DNA of 63,142 nt, counting the filler, from Craspedostauros australis (Eukaryota), in NCBI GenBank assembly GCA_030167865.1. It is 17 parts of 17 records of this genome, joined end to end, with 100 filler letters (N's around TTAATTAATTAA, not from the genome) between each part and the next. Parts side by side here need not be neighbours in the genome. Positions count along the whole stretch, not along the records: positions 56,780 to 63,142 come from JALAGF010002320.1; 16 more parts are not named here. One strand, given 5' to 3'. Below are positions 60,671-63,142 of this stretch, piece by piece. The translations under genes and the position numbers were made by a program. Each line of letters begins with the position of its first letter. The first letter of the stretch is position 1. The notes under the pieces were generated by a model, which did no database searches, was not told where the DNA came from, and worked only from the letters and a program-made list of their open reading frames with translations.

Positions 60671-62561
60671 TTAAATTTCGAATATAGGATGACCACTATC
60701 TAATTCATACTGTATCAACACACAGCAGGCTTCGAAGACACACTGATGTTTGCCAAGATCGTTTCTATAATCGTGGACAAGAGCCTTGAAGTTCTTGATC
60801 CTCCCATTGAAGCTCTCGTGTCGAGCTCTTGCCCTGTTCTTGAATTTCTTCACCGCAGCAGAGTCCATCGGGTTTGGTGCACTGATGGTCGGCTCGTTTT
60901 GATAGCCACCATCAGCAATGACCATTCCTCCTGGTGGAAGTTTGCTCTTGAGGCCATCAGGTTTGCGATACATCACCAAGTCTGATGTAGAAGCAGGGAA
61001 GGGACCATTGATCCAGACAAGCTTGCTGTCTGCTAGTGAGATTCCAAGCTCATAGGTGAGCCCTGCCGAGTGGGACTTGTGGCTATACCACTTCGTCCCG
61101 GGGTCTGTTCTGGGTTCATGAATCTTGATATGGACGCCGTCAACGCTGATGAGGAAGTGCTTGTCGTCCGCGGTGAGTTTCATATTGTGTGGAGGCCAAA
61201 TGACCTGAGAGAAGGAAATAAAAAGAAACGAAGTGCAACAGAAGATTGTGTCAGGATAGAATATGAAGCAAAGTGGCATCGCAGTGTGCACAGTGGCTTA
61301 CCTTTCTTGGAAGCAAGGCTTGGATTGCTGGTAAATATGACCAGATGAGAGACCGAATTGTCTTCTCATCCAAGCCCCAACGCCCTGCCATGGCATGCTC
61401 CGTACTGTAGGCTTTGAGCCAGTTCAGAACAACGAATGTATCATATGGGCGAGGGTGATTGACTTTGTGTGCTGTCTCAATATTGAATAGATCAATAAAG
61501 AGACAGCCAAAGCTCTCTGGACTCAAACCGTACATCGCTGAAAATCGATTCTGTCTGGTCCGTTCTGCCATTCTGGTTTGTCGGAAGCCAGCATATTGCA
61601 ACCCAAGCTCCAGAATATCATCGCTTGACAAGAAGTCAATTTCAGTTGTGTTGTTGGATGCTTCGTTGTGGGGTGGCTGATTGATGAATCGATCATTTTG
61701 TTGATTGCCTTGGCTGATACCTTGGTTGGTTGGTTGCCTTGCAGGCCTTCCCCTTCGTTGCATATTTGGTTGATTGGCTGCATCGGTTGGTTGATTGGGT
61801 TGGCTGGTTGCTCGGTTGGTTGGTCGCTTCGCTGGCCTGCTCCTCGGCTGCGTGCTTTTCTGGTTGCCTGTATCGGTTGGTTGATTGGGTTGGCTGGTTG
61901 CTCGGTTGGTCGTTCGCTTCACTGGCCTGCTCCTTGGCTGCGCGCTTTTCTGGTTGCCTGTATCGGTTGGTTGATTGGGTTGGCTGGTTGCTCGGTTGGT
62001 TGGTTGCCTCACAGGCCTCCCCCTTCGTTTCATATTTGGTTGATTGCCTGTATCGGTTGGTTGGTTGGCTGCCTTGCTGGTCAGTTGGTTGGTTGGTTGC
62101 CTTGCAGTCCTTCCCCTTCGTTGCATATTTGGTTGATTGCTTGTATCGGTTGGTTGATTGGGTTGGCTGGTTGCTCGGTTGGTTGGCTGCTTCACTGGCC
62201 TGCTCCTCGGCTGCGTGCTTTTCTGGTTGCCTGTATTGGTTGGTTGATTGGGTTGGCTGGTTGCTCGGTTGGATGGCTGCTTCACTGGCCTGCTCCTCGG
62301 CCGTGCGCCTTTCTGGTTGCCTGTATCGGTTGGTTGATTGGTTGCCTTGCTGGTTGCTCGGCTGGTTGGCTGCTTCACTGGCCTGCTCCTCGGCTGCGCG
62401 CTTTTCTGGTTGCCTGTATCGGTTGGTTGATTGGTTGCCTTGCTGGTTGCTCGGTTGGACAGTCGCCTCACAGGCTTGCTCTTCTGCTCCATTCTTGACT
62501 GATTGCCTTCACTGGTAGTTTGGTTGATCAGTTGCTTTGCTGGTCTGCCTCTGCATTGCAT
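60671..62561 (-). CDS. DDE_Tnp_4-type transposase (about 597 aa); exons 62561-61302 and 61204-60671
   Basis: HTH-like LNWLKAYSTEHAMAGRWGLDEKTIR; a 97-bp phase-0 GTAAGC...TCAG intron; catalytic SVDGVH, IADGGY and RARHESFNGRIKNF. No stops. Confidence 0.92.
61705..62480 (-). repeat. Coding tandem repeat, 8 full units of 90/93 bp in the transposase N-terminus
   Basis: Units read QPTDTGNQ(KSAQPRSRP/PNMQRRGRP)...RATSQPN and all are in frame. Confidence 0.92.
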
Positions 62562-62810
62562 GCTTGGCTGATCGTTGTCGTTGTTTGGTTGAATGCGTGG
62601 GCTGGTTCTTGTTCTCCGTCTCCTGTTCGAGTAGTCGGCTGCGAAGCGGAGTGATGTGACGGGGATGGCGAGTGCTTGGCTGCGTGTTGATGTTCATCAT
62701 GTTGTCATTGTTTTGGAACAGTGATTCATTGCGTTCCGTTGCAGTGGATGACGTTGAGTCTTGACACGATTTTCTGAGTCTTGTTTTCCTCATTCAGTCT
62801 TGGTCCAGCA

Positions 62811-62964
62811 TTAGTTTCATTGAGACGTCATTAGTTTCATTGAGACATCATTAGTTTCATTGAAACATCATTAGTTTCATTGAAACGTCATTAGTTTCAT
62901 TGAATCGTTATTAGTTTCATTGAATCGCTGTTAGTTTCATTGAATCGCTGTTAGTTTCATTGAA
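62811..62964 (+). repeat. Right subterminal array: 8 units, 20-bp period, core TTAGTTTCATTGA(A/G)
   Basis: TTAGTTTCAT at 62811, 62831 ... 62951. Confidence 0.97.
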
Positions 62965-63116
62965 TCAGTTGACTGTAGTTGGAGTTCGCTTTTTAAAATA
63001 TTGGCGTTAAAGGCGTTATCCTCAAACCAATGAAAACAATCGATTGAGTCGAGCAGCAATATCGATTCAGCTGTTCGCGACAAATGGTCGTAGTAGTCGA
63101 AGACGCTCGAAGTTGT

Positions 63117-63142
63117 GTTTCAACGTTTTTCCCGTGCCTTGC
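63117..63142 (-). repeat. Right TIR
   Basis: Inverted match to 56780-56805. Confidence 0.95.

Larger units (their letters stand above)
56780..63142. mobile_element. Apparently complete 6363-bp TIR DNA transposon (PIF/Harbinger-ISL2EU-related) with three genes
   Basis: 26-bp TIRs (24/26 match), symmetric subterminal arrays and an intact DDE transposase. No flank is visible, so the TSD is unknown. Confidence 0.9.

Noticed and set aside
61668..62518. Two plus-strand Trp/Leu-rich repeat ORFs
   Set aside because: Antisense shadows of the transposase repeat, which is in frame with the HTH and DDE domains on the minus strand.

Overview
This window is not a contiguous locus. It is 17 short eukaryotic contigs joined by an artificial 100-nt linker (N44-TTAATTAATTAA-N44), so neighbourhood across linkers is meaningless. 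The content points to a diatom or related stramenopile: about 50% GC, short GT-AG introns, Ambal-type LINE and CoDi-type Copia remnants. Host genes include an NBR1/p62-like PB1-ZZ protein, a TM RING-H2 ligase, a HAD phosphatase, an SLC25 carrier, an ABCC fragment, secreted proteins and a Crinkler-like NTPase+nuclease protein. The rest is transposon-rich. The best candidate for an undescribed system is the last contig (56780-63142), which appears to be an intact 6.36-kb DNA transposon. It has 26-bp TIRs and an 8 x 20-bp array of a quasi-palindromic motif near each end. It encodes a spliced PIF/Harbinger/ISL2EU-type DDE transposase carrying 8 AT-hook-like repeats, plus two accessory proteins I cannot assign to known partner families. 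A distant homologue of one accessory protein occurs on other contigs next to a KOW-motif ORF, suggesting a multi-gene transposon lineage. Other points of interest are a 528-bp element with TA...TA ends and a 5-bp TSD, clear CpG decay between its copies, a tRNA-like Pol III cassette and further helically phased arrays at contig ends. All family assignments are from motif recognition by eye; no searches were run.
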